Shown here: one piece after another, positions 38,830 to 52,240 of the stretch
Layout: every line of letters starts with the position of its first letter
Numbering within the stretch: position 1 is the stretch's first letter
Origin: Catajapyx aquilonaris
Taxonomy: Eukaryota
DNA length: 64,000 nt
Assembly: GCA_000934665.2 (NCBI GenBank)
Contig: JYFJ02001506.1
Location: 1 to 64,000 of the forward strand
Reading direction: 5' to 3'
Notes under the pieces: model-generated
What the model was told of the DNA's origin: nothing
Database searches by the model: none
Seen by the model: the letters and a program-made list of their open reading frames with translations, nothing else
Translations under genes and position numbers: made by a program

Positions 38830-41800
38830 CGAAAAAAAAAACTTGCGGGCAACTTCACAAAGAAGGCTTGCCTTCCCTTTTTCGTCGCTCTTGGAATAAC
38901 AAGCTTCATCCCTTTCAGGCCATTTATCAAAAAAAGATGTCACCGTCGTGCTAAGGGAGAGCTCAAAACCACGGCCAACTTTGCGCTTTTGCCTTCTAAA
39001 GCTGTCAGTTCTCAAGTCACGAAATAGTTTGGCAACTTTCGGTGCGACATTGGTTACCTGCTTAACTTCGCCCACATCCCAAGTCTGCACAATCATTTAT
39101 TACCTCGTACCGGAATCAAACAAGAGCAGAAATGTGTGCCTCAGTCAAACAATGATTCGGCCAAACTATCAGCTGATTTCTGCTTAAAGTCATATATACT
39201 GTATATGCCACTTGTAGTCATTACGCTAGTTTGAGCATTAAATTTTTTAAAAAAATCAACAAAAAATAATTCAGGCATATCTGGGTTAAACACTACTTTT
39301 TTGACTGGCGAATTATGATATTGGTACATATGTTGTGTATTTTTCTGCCTTTGTCCTTTGTTATCGTACCTGTCGCAGCCCAATAATTTTGCACAAAGTC
39401 ATGTTGGTTGCATGGAAGCCAGGACCTTCCTCTCTCACCCTTTCAACTAATATGCCTGAGTGGAAAACACCAAATGAAACCCGAGGGCATTAGTTGGGCG
39501 CAAATTTTGTGGCCTGAACTAACCATCCTTGAAATTCCTACAGATTAACCCCGGAGTTGCAGTCCAAAAAAAAAAAAGAGGGTGCCATTTATTCCCAGAT
39601 TTCGGGCAAACAACGACCTTCCACGATAATAGCTCAGCATCAGATAGAATGCGTAGCAGCATTAGTCCACTCTGATTTCAAGAGGTGCCTCAGCGAACAA
39701 AAGTTACTGTAAATTCAAAGAACCAGATGCAATTATCACCATCGGGACTTGGTTACACACAAAAAAGTAAAAAGGATATGCTGGTCGGATCTAGTCAAGA
39801 CGACGTGAACACGCACTGGCCATCAAGAAAATTAATGCATTAAGCAAAGGCCTACTTTTGGGAAGATAGCAAGTCGTTAATCCTCATTGAAACCCAGCAT
39901 GGATGGATCAGAAGCTTCTTATCTCGAGCCGCTTCTCCTCCCCCATCATTTCAGCATAATGAACTCAGATGTAACCTGTTCACTTTTCCCACGACTGTAT
40001 GCAACATTTGGGCTCACATCCATCAGTGTCAGCATAACCGCCAGTATTTTTTTTAACGCATTTAAATATGAATAACCCCACGTCAACGCTAAACAAAGGT
40101 CGGTGCATGTACAGTCAAATATTCAGCATAAATTCCCTAAGCAGATTAGTACATAATATCATAATAGAAATTGTGAAATTTGGTATCCACATAATTATAA
40201 ATAATAAACTATTTTGACATGTTTTAATGAAAGCCGAAAGGTTCGAACTTGATTAGGATTCATCATCAGGATATCACATTCTATAATCATGTGTGACATA
40301 TTCAACCTGACATTTTTATGTGAAGCTATACGCAGTGTACCCGGCCTTTGTTCCTATAGCTGCTCAGCCCTTGCATATAGCACACATTGAATCATTAATA
40401 TTTAGTAGAGGGCTTGAAGGAATGCACAGCGAAGTGCATTTCAAGCCATTTCGTATTCTGTTTCGTTGCTGGTCGTAATGATATCCTAAACAATGCTAAT
40501 GTTATGATTATTGTGATGTACATTTTCTGGAAAGCACACAACGCGGAAATGCAGTCATGAGACAAAAACTAGTTTAGCCCAACTTTCTAACTAAGCGCAC
40601 TGTTTGCTTTTCTAAACTTGGTACATAATGCGGTATGGGTATTGTTTTAAACATATACCGTATGCTACTGATGCAGACTTATGCAACTTACTAAAAATTC
40701 ATGTTATACGTAATAAAATCCGTTTTTCGGTACCAAACTCGACCACACGTAATACCAGGTATGCCTGGAATGATCAGTGGTAAAGAACTATAGTGACCGC
40801 GCAAGTAAAACTGTGTCATGCTATTAAACCTGGCCAAACCCTAATATATCTTCGGTAAATGTCTGTGTGCACAATAAACAGTTTCAAGTTCTGCTCTTGC
40901 CTTGAACCCTCCTTTACCCTACTCAATCTCGCTCCCTCCAAGTTTGGGTCACATAAACTAAAGTGTAGCCTTAAAAGCAGCTATTTGCAGCAGGTATTTG
41001 GTTGCAAATACGTATACTCGACTGCAAGCAGGTGCACCTCTGCTACGAAAACTAACGATCTCTCTATGCCAAAATAAACATTTTCGTCGATGTACAGCAA
41101 TATGTCTTGAATGTTGCCTCATACTGTAAGCCTTGCAGAGCTCACAGGCTATATTCCTCTCTTTTTTGTATTTAAGCCAGACTTGCTCAAAGTAATGAAA
41201 CCCGCTCGATGCAAAAGTTTGTCAAGTGTTCAATTAGCTTACAGGGTGACATTGATGCAGGACAGGCTAGACAATAATCGCCTTAAACGATTTCTATTGG
41301 CAATATAGTCAAGCACTTGTCTTTGATCTCTTAGTCAAGTGTTTCATTATAATTAGGCCGGTATCGTTCCTCTTCATAATACAGAAACTCTTACTAAACC
41401 ATCTCAGTAAATATTTTAATCTCCTTGGGACGAACAGTGTATAACTTGGGGCATTAAAAGGGCTCGTAAAGTCTAGCCCCACAGCGAACCTCTCCCTTGT
41501 ATACACTAATGAGATGACAATTTGCTTCCCATGAAAAGAACCTTTAAAAAGACGGCCTATGTTTAATACCCGGCCGAATTTGGATTAAAGGCCTGTCCGT
41601 CATACCATTCAAGACAAGATTGTTGGCTTGTGACCCTCACAAAACATGATTGTTTGGAAACGTGCCTTAGCCTCACACAAAAAAAAAAAAAAGTTTTTAG
41701 AAAGGGGGGAGATCTTGTTCTATCATATCAGGGAGTTTTTAAAAAGTGGATCGCCGAACCATCCATCATGTTGCCCCCCTTCTTCCAGATGGTCATTAAT

Positions 41801-42661
41801 GTCAGGTTATTCTAGTGGTGGAAGATCGGCTTTGGAAACAGAACGTGGAGCCGGCCGCTTCCAAGTCAGAAATGACAAATTTGACCTTTGTGATTTGCAT
41901 AATGAATTGCAATTTACTACAGGTTGCTCTTTAATAATGCTCAAACCCCAAGTATGGGTCGCAGCTGAAGATATCACACGACCCGACTACAAGCTCGGTT
42001 GAAAAGTTGCAGCAACAGGACTAGTGTCACAAGTGGCAATGGTCTTATCTTTGGAGGAGGGCAAAAAAAATAGACCTTCTTCCCATTTAACATAAATTTC
42101 ATCCTGGATTTTTTTCCCCACCTCCCTGTCTCCCCTTCCATCGTTTTTTGCACCGTTCGCAATGGTATTATTGGTTTATCTGCACGGGACCGTGCAGAGA
42201 AAGGGTGTATACATCAGTACAAAAAATATATACGTATGTATATCATATATAAGTAAACAGGTTAGACGGCCTTCAGGGCGGAGGAAGAAACATGACATAG
42301 TGCTTTTTTATGTCTGGCGTTGTTTTAGAGTGCGAGATTTGAATAATTCCAGGTAGTTGCAGCTAACTTCCTTCGTTCAAAGCGCAGTCTGGCTCCTTCC
42401 TAATGAGAAAAGTTGAGAATCCCGTTTTCGAGTTGGTCGCAAGACTTTTCTGTTAGTAGCATTTACGGCTATTTAAGTACCCAGTAGTGGCACTCCTGAC
42501 ACTCGTGCCATGTTGTGAAACCGAGATATGAACCCCCCCTCCCCTCCCCCAATACCTTCGCATCAAACGTATATAAAGTCGTATAAAGTTATATGGCAAA
42601 AAAGTCCACGCAATAATGCTATCCTCTTTAATTCCATTTCATTATATAGGTTCCAGCCAGA

Positions 42662-42877
42662 ATGTCTGGGTCAAGAAGCCTTCTTCTGCACCTGATTGTG
42701 GCGGCGCTGTTTTTGTTGCAACAATCAAGCGCCGAGAAACCAGCCAATTCCAAGGAGCGTCAATTACGGAAGGAGAAGAAACCCATTAGACCTGTGGAAC
42801 TCAAGACGTTGGAAAACATATGTCAAATCCAGACTCCTGTCTCGGTTTATTGCTACTGCAACGCAATGGCGCAGCAG
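42662..42877 (+). CDS. Con: Connectin-like coding exon 1 (signal peptide + start of Cys-rich N-cap)
   Basis: Acceptor AG at 42648-42649, ATG at 42662, MSGSRSLLLHLIVAALFLLQQSSA signal peptide, donor cag|GTTTGT at 42878, 72 codons, phase 0. Confidence 0.88.
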
Positions 42878-45800
42878 GTTTGTGGTTTACACTATTACTT
42901 CCTGATTACACACTAAGGGCTGGTTGTACTTGAAATAAGCCACTGCTTATGACGAAATCATAATTACAAGTTGTTCGCAATAAATTCCGAACGCTCCCAG
43001 TATATCGAATGTCGTTGTGCGCAGGAAGCCACCGACGCCAACTGCTGGATATTCAACGACACCCGGTCCACCGACAGTGTGTGGGACGCCTTTTCCATGC
43101 AACGCGAGCTGACTGAACTCCGTGTGAACCTCCGTCCTGACGGTTCCCTCCGGTTCGTCCCTACCCGTGCCCTACGATACCTCCACAAGCTGATCCTGGT
43201 GGAGGTCCAGTACGCCAGTATCCCCAGCATCGGTCCTTACGCCTTCGCCAACCTGACCAGCCTGGAGGAGATTGTCTTCTCCAGGAACCAAATAGTCCAG
43301 CTGCGATCTCACGCCTTCGCAGCTCTGCCTAACCTCAGTACTTTGACTCTTGGGGAGAATCGCATCGCCGAGCTGCATCGTAATGTCTTCGTGCAGCTGC
43401 CCAGTCTCCGGAAGCTATATATTGACCGGAATAACATCAGCATCGTCCACGACCGCGCCTTTGTCCACCTGCACGCCCTGGAGGAGCTGGAACTCTTCGG
43501 AAACCAGCTGGCTGTTATCACCAAGGATACCTTCGCAGGTATGTTCTCAGCAGGGGGGAGATGCGCTGCTATATTTTTAAATTGTCACTGGACATTTAGG
43601 TTCGACGTACGGTTCTTATTACTGAATCAACATAGAGAGCAGAGGCGAAACGGTCCCGGCGAGTAAACTATTTCATTCAGCCAACACCGCGTGTTTGTTT
43701 TCTTCCCTCGGTTTCCGTCGTTTGCTACATGCATATGGCCCGAGCCCAACTCGCATTATTGCTCTTCTTCCGCATGTCCATCCCAGTGGGGGATCCATCT
43801 GCCCGAAACGACCGCCTATAAACGCATTCCTGTGGGGTCACACAGACATGTGGGTATATGATATACCAGAAGGGAATGGAGAGCATTTTCTGTTCGTTGG
43901 CTTGTGAGATATGCGGAGTTTTAGCCTATTCCCTCTCGACTGCCAAAGCATGCTTTGGCAGTCACACGTACAGGTAATTACTTTTTAAAATATGCATATA
44001 TTAAAAAGTAATTACCGGTACGTGTGAATTTCAAATAAAAATGTGAAGGTCGCAGCTATCAATTTTGCTAGTCTGTACATACCGTACACATCTGGGTACC
44101 CTGAAAAATTCAGTATTCTCGTCGAGTCATGAAACCGGTCGTAAATAGAAGCCCGGTCAAGTGTATTCCAAAACTAGACTTCTGCATGCATCACACCTAA
44201 GTATAGTGCTCAGACAAAAAGCTGCACCGCACATATAGACTATATACGACCGGCTGCCCCGAAACCACATAGACACGGCAAAGTTTCATGCCACAATATC
44301 CAGAGAATTTCATCAAGCAAATCCAGTAGGGGTCCTGATGCATAATGCATCTTCAGAAATGAAAAACGCATTTGTGAGACCCAGGAAATGGAAAATAACG
44401 TTACAATATTTTGGGCGAGTGGCTTCCGCATGTTTTTTTCTCTCTCTCTTACTTCTACCATCTTTCTGTATAGCTTGAGCAACATGGTCCAAGTTGAAGG
44501 AACCGGGTGGGGAAAAAAGGTAGGCAAAGATTTCCATTAATTGCGAGAGCAGCCAGGCGATGAGTGTAGAGAGCCAAGATGAGATTTTTGGCATCTGGGA
44601 AGCTGGCTGAGTGTGTTTGGATTGAAGGCTGCATGTTGCTGGAGGTGAATGATCCTCACTTCCTCATTCTATCTTCTGGGTACAGTACCTATGCATCATA
44701 CACCGCAAGTATAGTCAGGCGTTCGGCCAGCAAAATGTTTATAACAGCTTTGTGCTTCTGTACAGTACCTACATTGAACTGAGCTATAGTTTAGGGTTGA
44801 CGGCCCAACCAGATGGCTACTCAATCCGACCAGTATATCCCTGATTCCGGAACACGACTCGTTCCTGAAAAGTAATGTAATTGTCTTTTTCAGGTCTGCA
44901 CAAGCTGCGTCGACTAGACCTGCGCCAGAACCGCCTGGAAATGCTGGGGGAGGATACTTTCACTGAAATGAAGAGCCTGGAAGAGCTCGACCTAATGGAG
45001 AACAGCATCAAATACATATCTGAGCGAGCTCTAATGGGCCTCCCTAACCTGATGCTGCTCAACCTCAACGACAACAAACTGACTGTTTTGGGCAGAGATG
45101 TCTTCTCAGATCTGGATAAGCTCAACTACCTAGACCTGCGCAACAATGTTCTGGAGACTATCATCCAGCCTACATTCCAGCCCATCATGCACAACCTGCG
45201 CAACGTCTCCATGTCTCTCTATTTGGAAGGTGGGTCACGTGCATATTTTGCAAGCAATTTATGATAATGGTCACGGCAGGTTCACGTTCACAAAAACAAC
45301 GCTTCATTCGCGTCATAAAGCCAACTGGGCAATTCACAGTCGCATTTAGCCATCACATGTAGCTTGTAGCTGTCTCCGTCCCGGTTTATACTTACACATT
45401 AGGTAGCCATTGTACTCCAAAATAGGTTCAGCGATTAGCCCTATCCAGTCCTTTTATCTATGAAGGCATGCTCTGGAGAGTCATTGTGCCTCCCTACTGT
45501 AATGCCGAGATAAGAATGAAATAATTGGATAGCTGAGAGACTCGTTGGTTGTTTCTCCGCGCCACTAGACTGTGACACAGCCCCAAGCAACACTCCTCAT
45601 AAAAACCAAAACCCGCCGTACATTCCGGCCCGCCAGCCATCCCATCGTTGAATTTCTAATGGACACCGGTACCCTACATGTACATAATTGACTGTCCTCC
45701 CGTCTCACTAGACAGTAACAAACCGACCGGATTAACCAATTCCCCCCCCCCCCCNCCCCCCCCCCCCTGGAAAATTTTCAAACTGGAGTGGGTGGAGACG

Positions 45801-48800
45801 ACCATTCTTCACGTGTGATCTTGACACTCGCGCGACTCATATTAATTGGCATATTACAGCACCCCCACATTAGGCCTTCCAGCACACACGCATTGCGGCT
45901 GGATAATTACACGCTCTTTCCTGACGTAACATATTTATTTCCAGAGATTATGCGTGTGCTGGCTCCCTCTAAAAGGCTGCTCACGTGGCCCATTATTTTG
46001 ACACTAGCTTCCTAAATGGAGACGAAGGAAAGGAGAAATAACCTCCACTTGCTGGACCGCTGCCCAACTAGCTTCCTTCCAAGGAAAAGGAGGAGAAGAA
46101 GAAAAAAATTGGATAGGATTGGTCTTGTCATCGGGAGGGAGTCCGTAACCGTGATTTATAGGGATTGAATCTACGGTACCCGGGGTTTCTTGTTGATTTC
46201 TGTGCTAGATCACTTGTGATAAATTGAGTGCAACTCTTTTGCCCGGAACCTAGCTCCGCATTAGGGATGAGCTGCACAAAGGCCGCCTGAGAGTGGTAGC
46301 AAAACTTTTCTTATACTGGGGGGGGGNAGGGGGGGGGGGGGGCGCAGCATACTACTTGACGATCACGTCCGGATCAATGAGAAACAGCCCTTTTTACCTT
46401 CGGATAGGATTTCGGGAACGGGGATTTACTCGCAAATACGCCAATCGCCTACAGAACGTGTTTAAAGAGAAATTGGGCGGTCAATTCCCATCATTTTACC
46501 CTCCTATGCCAATATGGTAAAGAATACCAAAATTCGCCACAATTTGTTCCCTTTTCAAGTGAGAATGTAGCTGCTACTTTGGCTTCTACCAGCTCATTTG
46601 AAAAGGAACAGGAATACCAATTGTGCTCATATTGGCTGACAAATGCAATCCAACATCATTCGGTACACCCTGTATTCACCTTGAAAACAATCCAGCCCAT
46701 ATTTTACACCAAAAAATTGTACCTCACCTGGTCGAACTCCGAACTTCAGAAATGAATAACACAAAGATAACTCTCCCTCCTGAACGTCCACCATCGTTAG
46801 AGCTGCAGCGAATAGATCTAGAGCCCCCCTACATCAACCCAATAACNNCAAAAAAAAAAACGGCAATTTTCCTCCGAAAATGAAGAAATAGTCTCCCCCC
46901 GAGAAAAAGAAAGATGGGAGGGAAAGTGTGAGAAATGAAGCATTTTGGGTGAATTGGCGCGAGATAATGACATGGGAAGACGTAGTAGTGGTGGGCCCAG
47001 TGATGAGGGCCAATAAATCGGCGCCTTCCGGATGAAGGCCTGCTTAATAATGGGAGCCAAGAACAAACGGCGCCGTGCACACTTTACCTTGCCGAATCTC
47101 TTCCTATACCTCTCTCACTGTCTGACTTGCCGTTCCCGCCAAAAGCGAATCGGATCCAGCGAGATTTGCAACTTGGACTCCATTAACTGGGAACGGTTTC
47201 ACTTCCCTTCGCAAGCCGCATCGTAATTTCACGGAAGGTTTATTGGGGATTTATGGGACAGGTTGACAGGCTCAAGTCAGCTATCTCGACTCTAGAACCG
47301 AGCCAAAGTCAGCTCACACATCACCTGGACTAATTAAACTGGGGACCGATATGAACCTTGGCACGAAATCCGTAGCGCTGAGGAAATTCCGATATCTCCC
47401 CCAGATTCTTAAAGAAACTTGCAACTAGGGCGTTCCACAGAACTGTATCTTTAATTAAAGTGCACGCCTTATACCTGTGAGGTCGGGGTATAGACGTCGC
47501 GTCGTGTTATTACACTGCGCCGGATAATCATGGCGCCATAAATCCCAGAAACTGCGAAACAGTTGTGATGTCCCACACTAGATGGCTGGGGTGTCTCGTG
47601 GTTGACCTGGAGGGAGACTTGAACTTGTATAACAGTCGGAGGTAGCCTTGGATGAGGCTAGGTTTAATAGGATTGCTCCCAAACTGTGTATATTATTGGA
47701 CTGAAATGACCTCGCGGGGTCTAGAGTGACGACCTAGAAGTTTGCATAATAAGAGGGCATTCCCTCTGACCTGACGACCTGTAACTGCTACTGGGGAACC
47801 TGGTTTATTCAGTCAAAGCAGCTGTTCCGCTCTTCGGTACACAACTACTCCACAAAGTTACAGCACCTTCTCTTCGATTGCACTTAAATGGTGGCCTGTC
47901 GGAGTTTTCCGTTGAAAGATTTGGGCCACGTGACTTGAACGAGAGACGAAAATCAATTAGGGAATTGTGGAGCAGCATGTGGGGGTGATATATGGAGGGC
48001 ACGTGTGGCTCCTTCCGGCGTCTTAAGCCAGCACTTCCTACGATCGTTAGGTGGAAATGGGACATCCAATGCGATTGAACCAGAAAACGAAGGAAGAAGG
48101 GTTATGGCCTAGTGCACGGAAGAAAAGGTCCAGGCTCTCTCTCACACACACACAAAAAACAGGTGGCCCCGCCCTGCTTCGACATTACTGTTGGAAATGA
48201 CAAGGGTGGGGTTTTACAGAACCTCTGCTCATCCACAAAAAGGTCTGCTTTACATGGGATAGCCGTCAAACTATCGCGTCTGACAGTCAACTCGTTAATG
48301 GTGAAATATCGTTCCAATTTGGCTGCTGAGACAATGACGTGCGTGGAATGTGTTATATGACGCCTCCATGGGATTGATTAAACTGACCCTGGCACTAGGC
48401 GTACCCTGCGCTTGAAAGTGACGTAAGAGCTAAATACATTTACCTGGTAAGTTGTCTTGGACTAGCCTGAGAGCATGCAAGGCCTCGTTGGAAGGACTGG
48501 TTGAAGGGGCAAGAGATGGAAGGATGCGACTGTAAATAAGAAAAATAAAGTTTAAGTAAAACATTTGGTGCAAGTAAGTCAGGAATGAGAAATTAATGCA
48601 CTGCATAATTCAACATGATCTATTGTTTAACCACGTGCTAAATACCGGCCCGAGACAAGCGTTAGGCTTACTAAAGCTCAATCTATTATTTTGCATGGAG
48701 TTAATGTGGACTAACTTGTAAGACGAAATTCTCCACATTACGCTTTCCATAGAACCACATTTGACCAGCTAGCGAATATTCAGAATAGGTTATGCGTTCT

Positions 48801-49606
48801 ATGCCGTGAACTGGTTAAAAGAAAGGAAGAGAGTGTGAGTGGCACTGCGCGGAGATTATCCTGCGCTTGGAGCAACTCTTCTAACACATCGTCTTGCTGG
48901 TTGCTGCCAAATAGGATATCTACTAATCGAATGTTGCTTTAGCACTACATTTCGACGTCACTGCTTGTCTTTAAAAAACATGAGAGTACTTTAATATATA
49001 TTTGCATAACAAATTTGAATTAATATCTATCTTCCTCGAACAGGCAACAGCTTTGTGTGTGACTGCCGACTGGCATGGATGCACTCCCTGTGGAACGAGA
49101 CGCACGAGCGCGTCAAGTCCGTCCTGGAGCAACTGACATGCTTCCTCGACGACGACAAGAGAAACCAGCACCTGAATATGCCCCACCGGGATGCTCCCGA
49201 CACCTCCGACGCCATCGCCCTCCCGATCTCAGAGGACTACCAAGATCTCACTCCAAAATCCATGATGGTCAGCACCAAGTCCAAGGATTCCCCGTCTCCC
49301 AGGGGCCCCAGCAACCCTCCTCAACACCCAGGTCCTGGTACAGTCAAGCACCTATTTGAGATTCCGGTGGAGCAACTCCCATGCCCAGAAAAGTACACTA
49401 GTCGGGAATCCCAGGAGGACGAGAGGCAGCAACAGGACAAGATGGCACCCGAGTTGGACAACAAGATGGCTGATGAGAAGGTGGTTCCTCAGCCGGTCCA
49501 TCCGGACTACAACAACGACGGCACCTACTGGAGTCGTGGCACCGGCAACAAGGAGTGCTGCCTACTTTTGTTTTCTGCGTTCCTGCTACTGCTTCTGAGG
49601 TTGTGA
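42662..49606 (+). CDS. Con: Connectin-like LRR cell-adhesion protein, spliced CDS join(42662..42877,43025..43538,44894..45229,49044..49606), 542 aa
   Basis: All three introns are GT..AG with matching phases (0,1,1); total 1629 nt = 542 aa + TGA. Has a signal peptide, an N-terminal Cys cap (NICQ..VYCYC..ANCW.F), about 10 LRRs, an LRRCT (LEGNSFVCDCRLAWM..LTC..HLFEIPVEQLPC) and a hydrophobic C-terminal tail. Connectin assignment is from recognition of these motifs, not a database search. Confidence 0.9.
43025..43538 (+). CDS. Con: Connectin-like coding exon 2 (N-cap end + about 6 LRRs)
   Basis: gcgcAG|GAA acceptor, EATDANCWIF..., ~24-aa LRR periodicity (LxxLxLxxNxI), donor cag|GTATGT at 43539, phase 1; GC3-rich codons. 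Confidence 0.95.
43938..44026. repeat. Two abutting palindromes (26 bp perfect; 64 bp with two mismatched pairs) in a connectin intron
   Basis: gactgccaaagcatgctttggcagtc (43938-43963) and cacacgtac...atatgcatat...gtacgtgtg (43963-44026). Confidence 0.9.
44894..45229 (+). CDS. Con: Connectin-like coding exon 3 (4 LRRs)
   Basis: ttgtctttttcAG acceptor, LHKLRRLDLRQNRLEML... LRRs, donor aag|GTGGGT at 45230, phase 1 at both ends. Confidence 0.95.
49044..49606 (+). CDS. Con: Connectin-like last coding exon (LRRCT, Pro/acidic linker, GPI-type hydrophobic tail)
   Basis: cttcctcgaacAG acceptor gives G-N-S-F-V-C-D-C; ends SRGTGNKECCLLLFSAFLLLLLRL-TGA with no cytoplasmic tail. Confidence 0.92.
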
Positions 49607-52234
49607 CTTTCGCACTGAGCGATGAAAGAGAGGAAGAAAGGTGTAGTCTTCTCCCTCCGAAGTGAGATCCGCCGAAAGGCCATGGACCACAGAGCACTAA
49701 ACCCAAAAGTCCGAAACTTTTTTTTTTCCCTTCCAAAAGGGCCTATCATCATTCTGGCGACATGGGATTTTCTGCTTCTCCCCAACCTCGCGGGGTACCT
49801 CATTTTCATCATCTCCTCCACCCTCCCATCATCGTCGTTATAACCTGCTGCATATAAGCCCGACCTGCTAGACTCCCAAGAAGGTATGATCTAGATTCAG
49901 TAATATATGTGGGAGCTCCATATACACAACTAAGTGATACGCATCTCACATTAAATTGGGCTGGAAGAATGTTAATAATACATTAAGAGTCCATGTAATA
50001 TAGGTATAATCATGTGGGGTCAGGGTCATGGGCTACGAAGACGTTAAAAATGGAGCCTCTCGCACCATATGTCCAAAAAAAATATTCAGACAATAGTATC
50101 TTTTCCCTAGCTACAACCGTCAGCGCCTGACATATAGGTAGATAAAGCCAGAGGGGGAGAACCCCCTCACTGTGCCCCTCACCTTGGTAAAGTGGTGATG
50201 GTTGTATAACATCAGGATACATTTGCTTGAAACTTTTTTTCTTCTTTGACATATGGTGTAGTAGAGTATGATACATGTATCCCTAAAGCTACAAAGAACT
50301 TCAAATGTGTGGCCGATATGAATGTCCACTGCACTCGGATAGGCGAAGCAGTGTAACAACCAGCAGGAAAAAAGGACACTTATTTCAAGAATGGGATTAG
50401 TCACACTAAAATACTGTGTATGTAGATACCAAAAAATGCACCTTTTCAGCCAGTGTCTCGAGGTGTATACAGAGACTTTTAGCCCCAGTTCCCATTCTCT
50501 GATGATAAATGCTTTTGTGAGGATATTCAAGGAATAAGAGTACCACAGAAAAAATCGCACTCTTTTCCCATTATTGCCAAGCAATGAGTCTGACATCCCA
50601 AGGATTTGATCCCAAAACATTAGCTTGTTAATATAATATAGGGTATATCGATTAATCAATGAATATCTATACCGGCTAAATAATTTAACATCGCACAGTT
50701 CGGATGAAAAAGACACATCGTTTGGTATTTACAGACCAACAGTGCCTCATATTCTATTCCCCCAGAAATGTACAGTACACATAACTTATATCCATATGCG
50801 CACCTTCCACAGTAAGTACTGTATACAAGAGAACTCGTTATATGGGTGGGAATCGCGGTAATAATATGCCTAACGTATCTCTGATCTTGTCGGCATGTCG
50901 GCCCCAGATAACTTGGAGAGCCACAAAAATACTCCGGTCCATAACTCGTCGTAACATCTCACCAAAATATGAACCAGCAGCCATTTCCCACTCTCTCACC
51001 CATCATTAATGCATCTAATCCTATTATTGTTGACATCCACCCCTCCACATTCATATGAAACATTTTCACCTTTCTATTACATTTGACCGGTACTCTTTTA
51101 TACTTCACTTTTTCGGCTTGTATGCAGCAATGGGAGGGCATGCATTGCCAGTATGATGAAAGACCCCCTTGAAAAGGCCCAGTGTTCCGCGACCCATCGC
51201 GTTTCACAATCACTTCGGCGGGGGGAACATTGAATCGGAGAAAATGCCTGTCCGAGTGTAAGTGACTTGGGTGGCTCTCGAGGTTGTTCCGGGGAAGACT
51301 GCCTTTTGCCTCACGCTCCTAGTCGGCTCATGTGATCCACACCGCCATTTATTTCATGTACTGTACAGTTGTGTCTCGCCTAGCATGTCGTTGTGTTCTA
51401 GACCACGTGAATAATGTGATATCTGTGTCATGTTAGCCAAGGTGGCTTTTTTTTCCCCCTAGACTTATGTAGGGAGTAGTTTTGCTTCGGGGCCATGGAT
51501 CTCTAAATGTCATTCCCATTGGCACCCATCATGAGAGCCGGAGCCAGGGAAACATCTAGCTGTCTCTTGTAGATGAGATGATTTAGAGCAAAGGTCCGGC
51601 GCCGCCGGAAGCCAATTGTCAAGCTCCCGGTTGTACCACTAAGCACCAACATATCTCCTATTGTAAACTTATAATGGTAGTTGCAAGGATAGTACGGATG
51701 ATGTCTTTTTTCACACTTTTCTTTTTTAATAGTGACACGCATGTATAGGTCTGTTTGTTTTAAAGTGGAATCGTACTGTGTCATTACTGTATTCCAAGAG
51801 CCACGAGAAAAGTCAGGTGCACTGATAAATAATAATCGTCGGGTATAGGCCTGCATTAACGCGTGCGTTGCTCTTGTCTATATAGCAAGCAAGCTTCGAT
51901 TTCCAAACACGCCTATAAATTAATCAAAGTCTGTGTACCTGTCTGGCTTTTTTCCCTTTTAGAGCAGCCGAGTCGAGTCAAGGTGACACTGCCAATGTGC
52001 TGATAGCATTGATGCTGACTTCCTCCATGAATACTTGACACAAAATGTCAGCGTTCGAAAATTCCGAACAATCGTTCAAGGTCAGTGGTGTTTTCTCATT
52101 AGTTCATCACTCTGACAAGATGAAATTAGAAGACGGATTATGCAACATTCTCGAAGGTTATACTCGACGATTGTACAACTACTGAACACCAAATACACCC
52201 CCTGTGTAAAATACCCACCCAACTACTGCAAGGA

Positions 52235-52240
52235 AATAAA
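52235..52240 (+). terminator. Candidate polyadenylation signal of the connectin-like gene (would imply a ~2.6 kb 3' UTR)
   Basis: First canonical AATAAA I found after the stop codon, followed by a T-rich stretch. An ATTAAA variant occurs earlier at ~49950. Confidence 0.3.

Noticed and set aside
43172..49821. Several minus-strand and alternate-frame ORFs overlapping connectin exons
   Set aside because: Shadow frames of GC3-rich coding exons.
50120..50716. 198-aa minus-strand ORF
   Set aside because: Non-ATG start, composition typical of non-coding DNA, lies antisense to the probable connectin 3' UTR, no recognisable motif.
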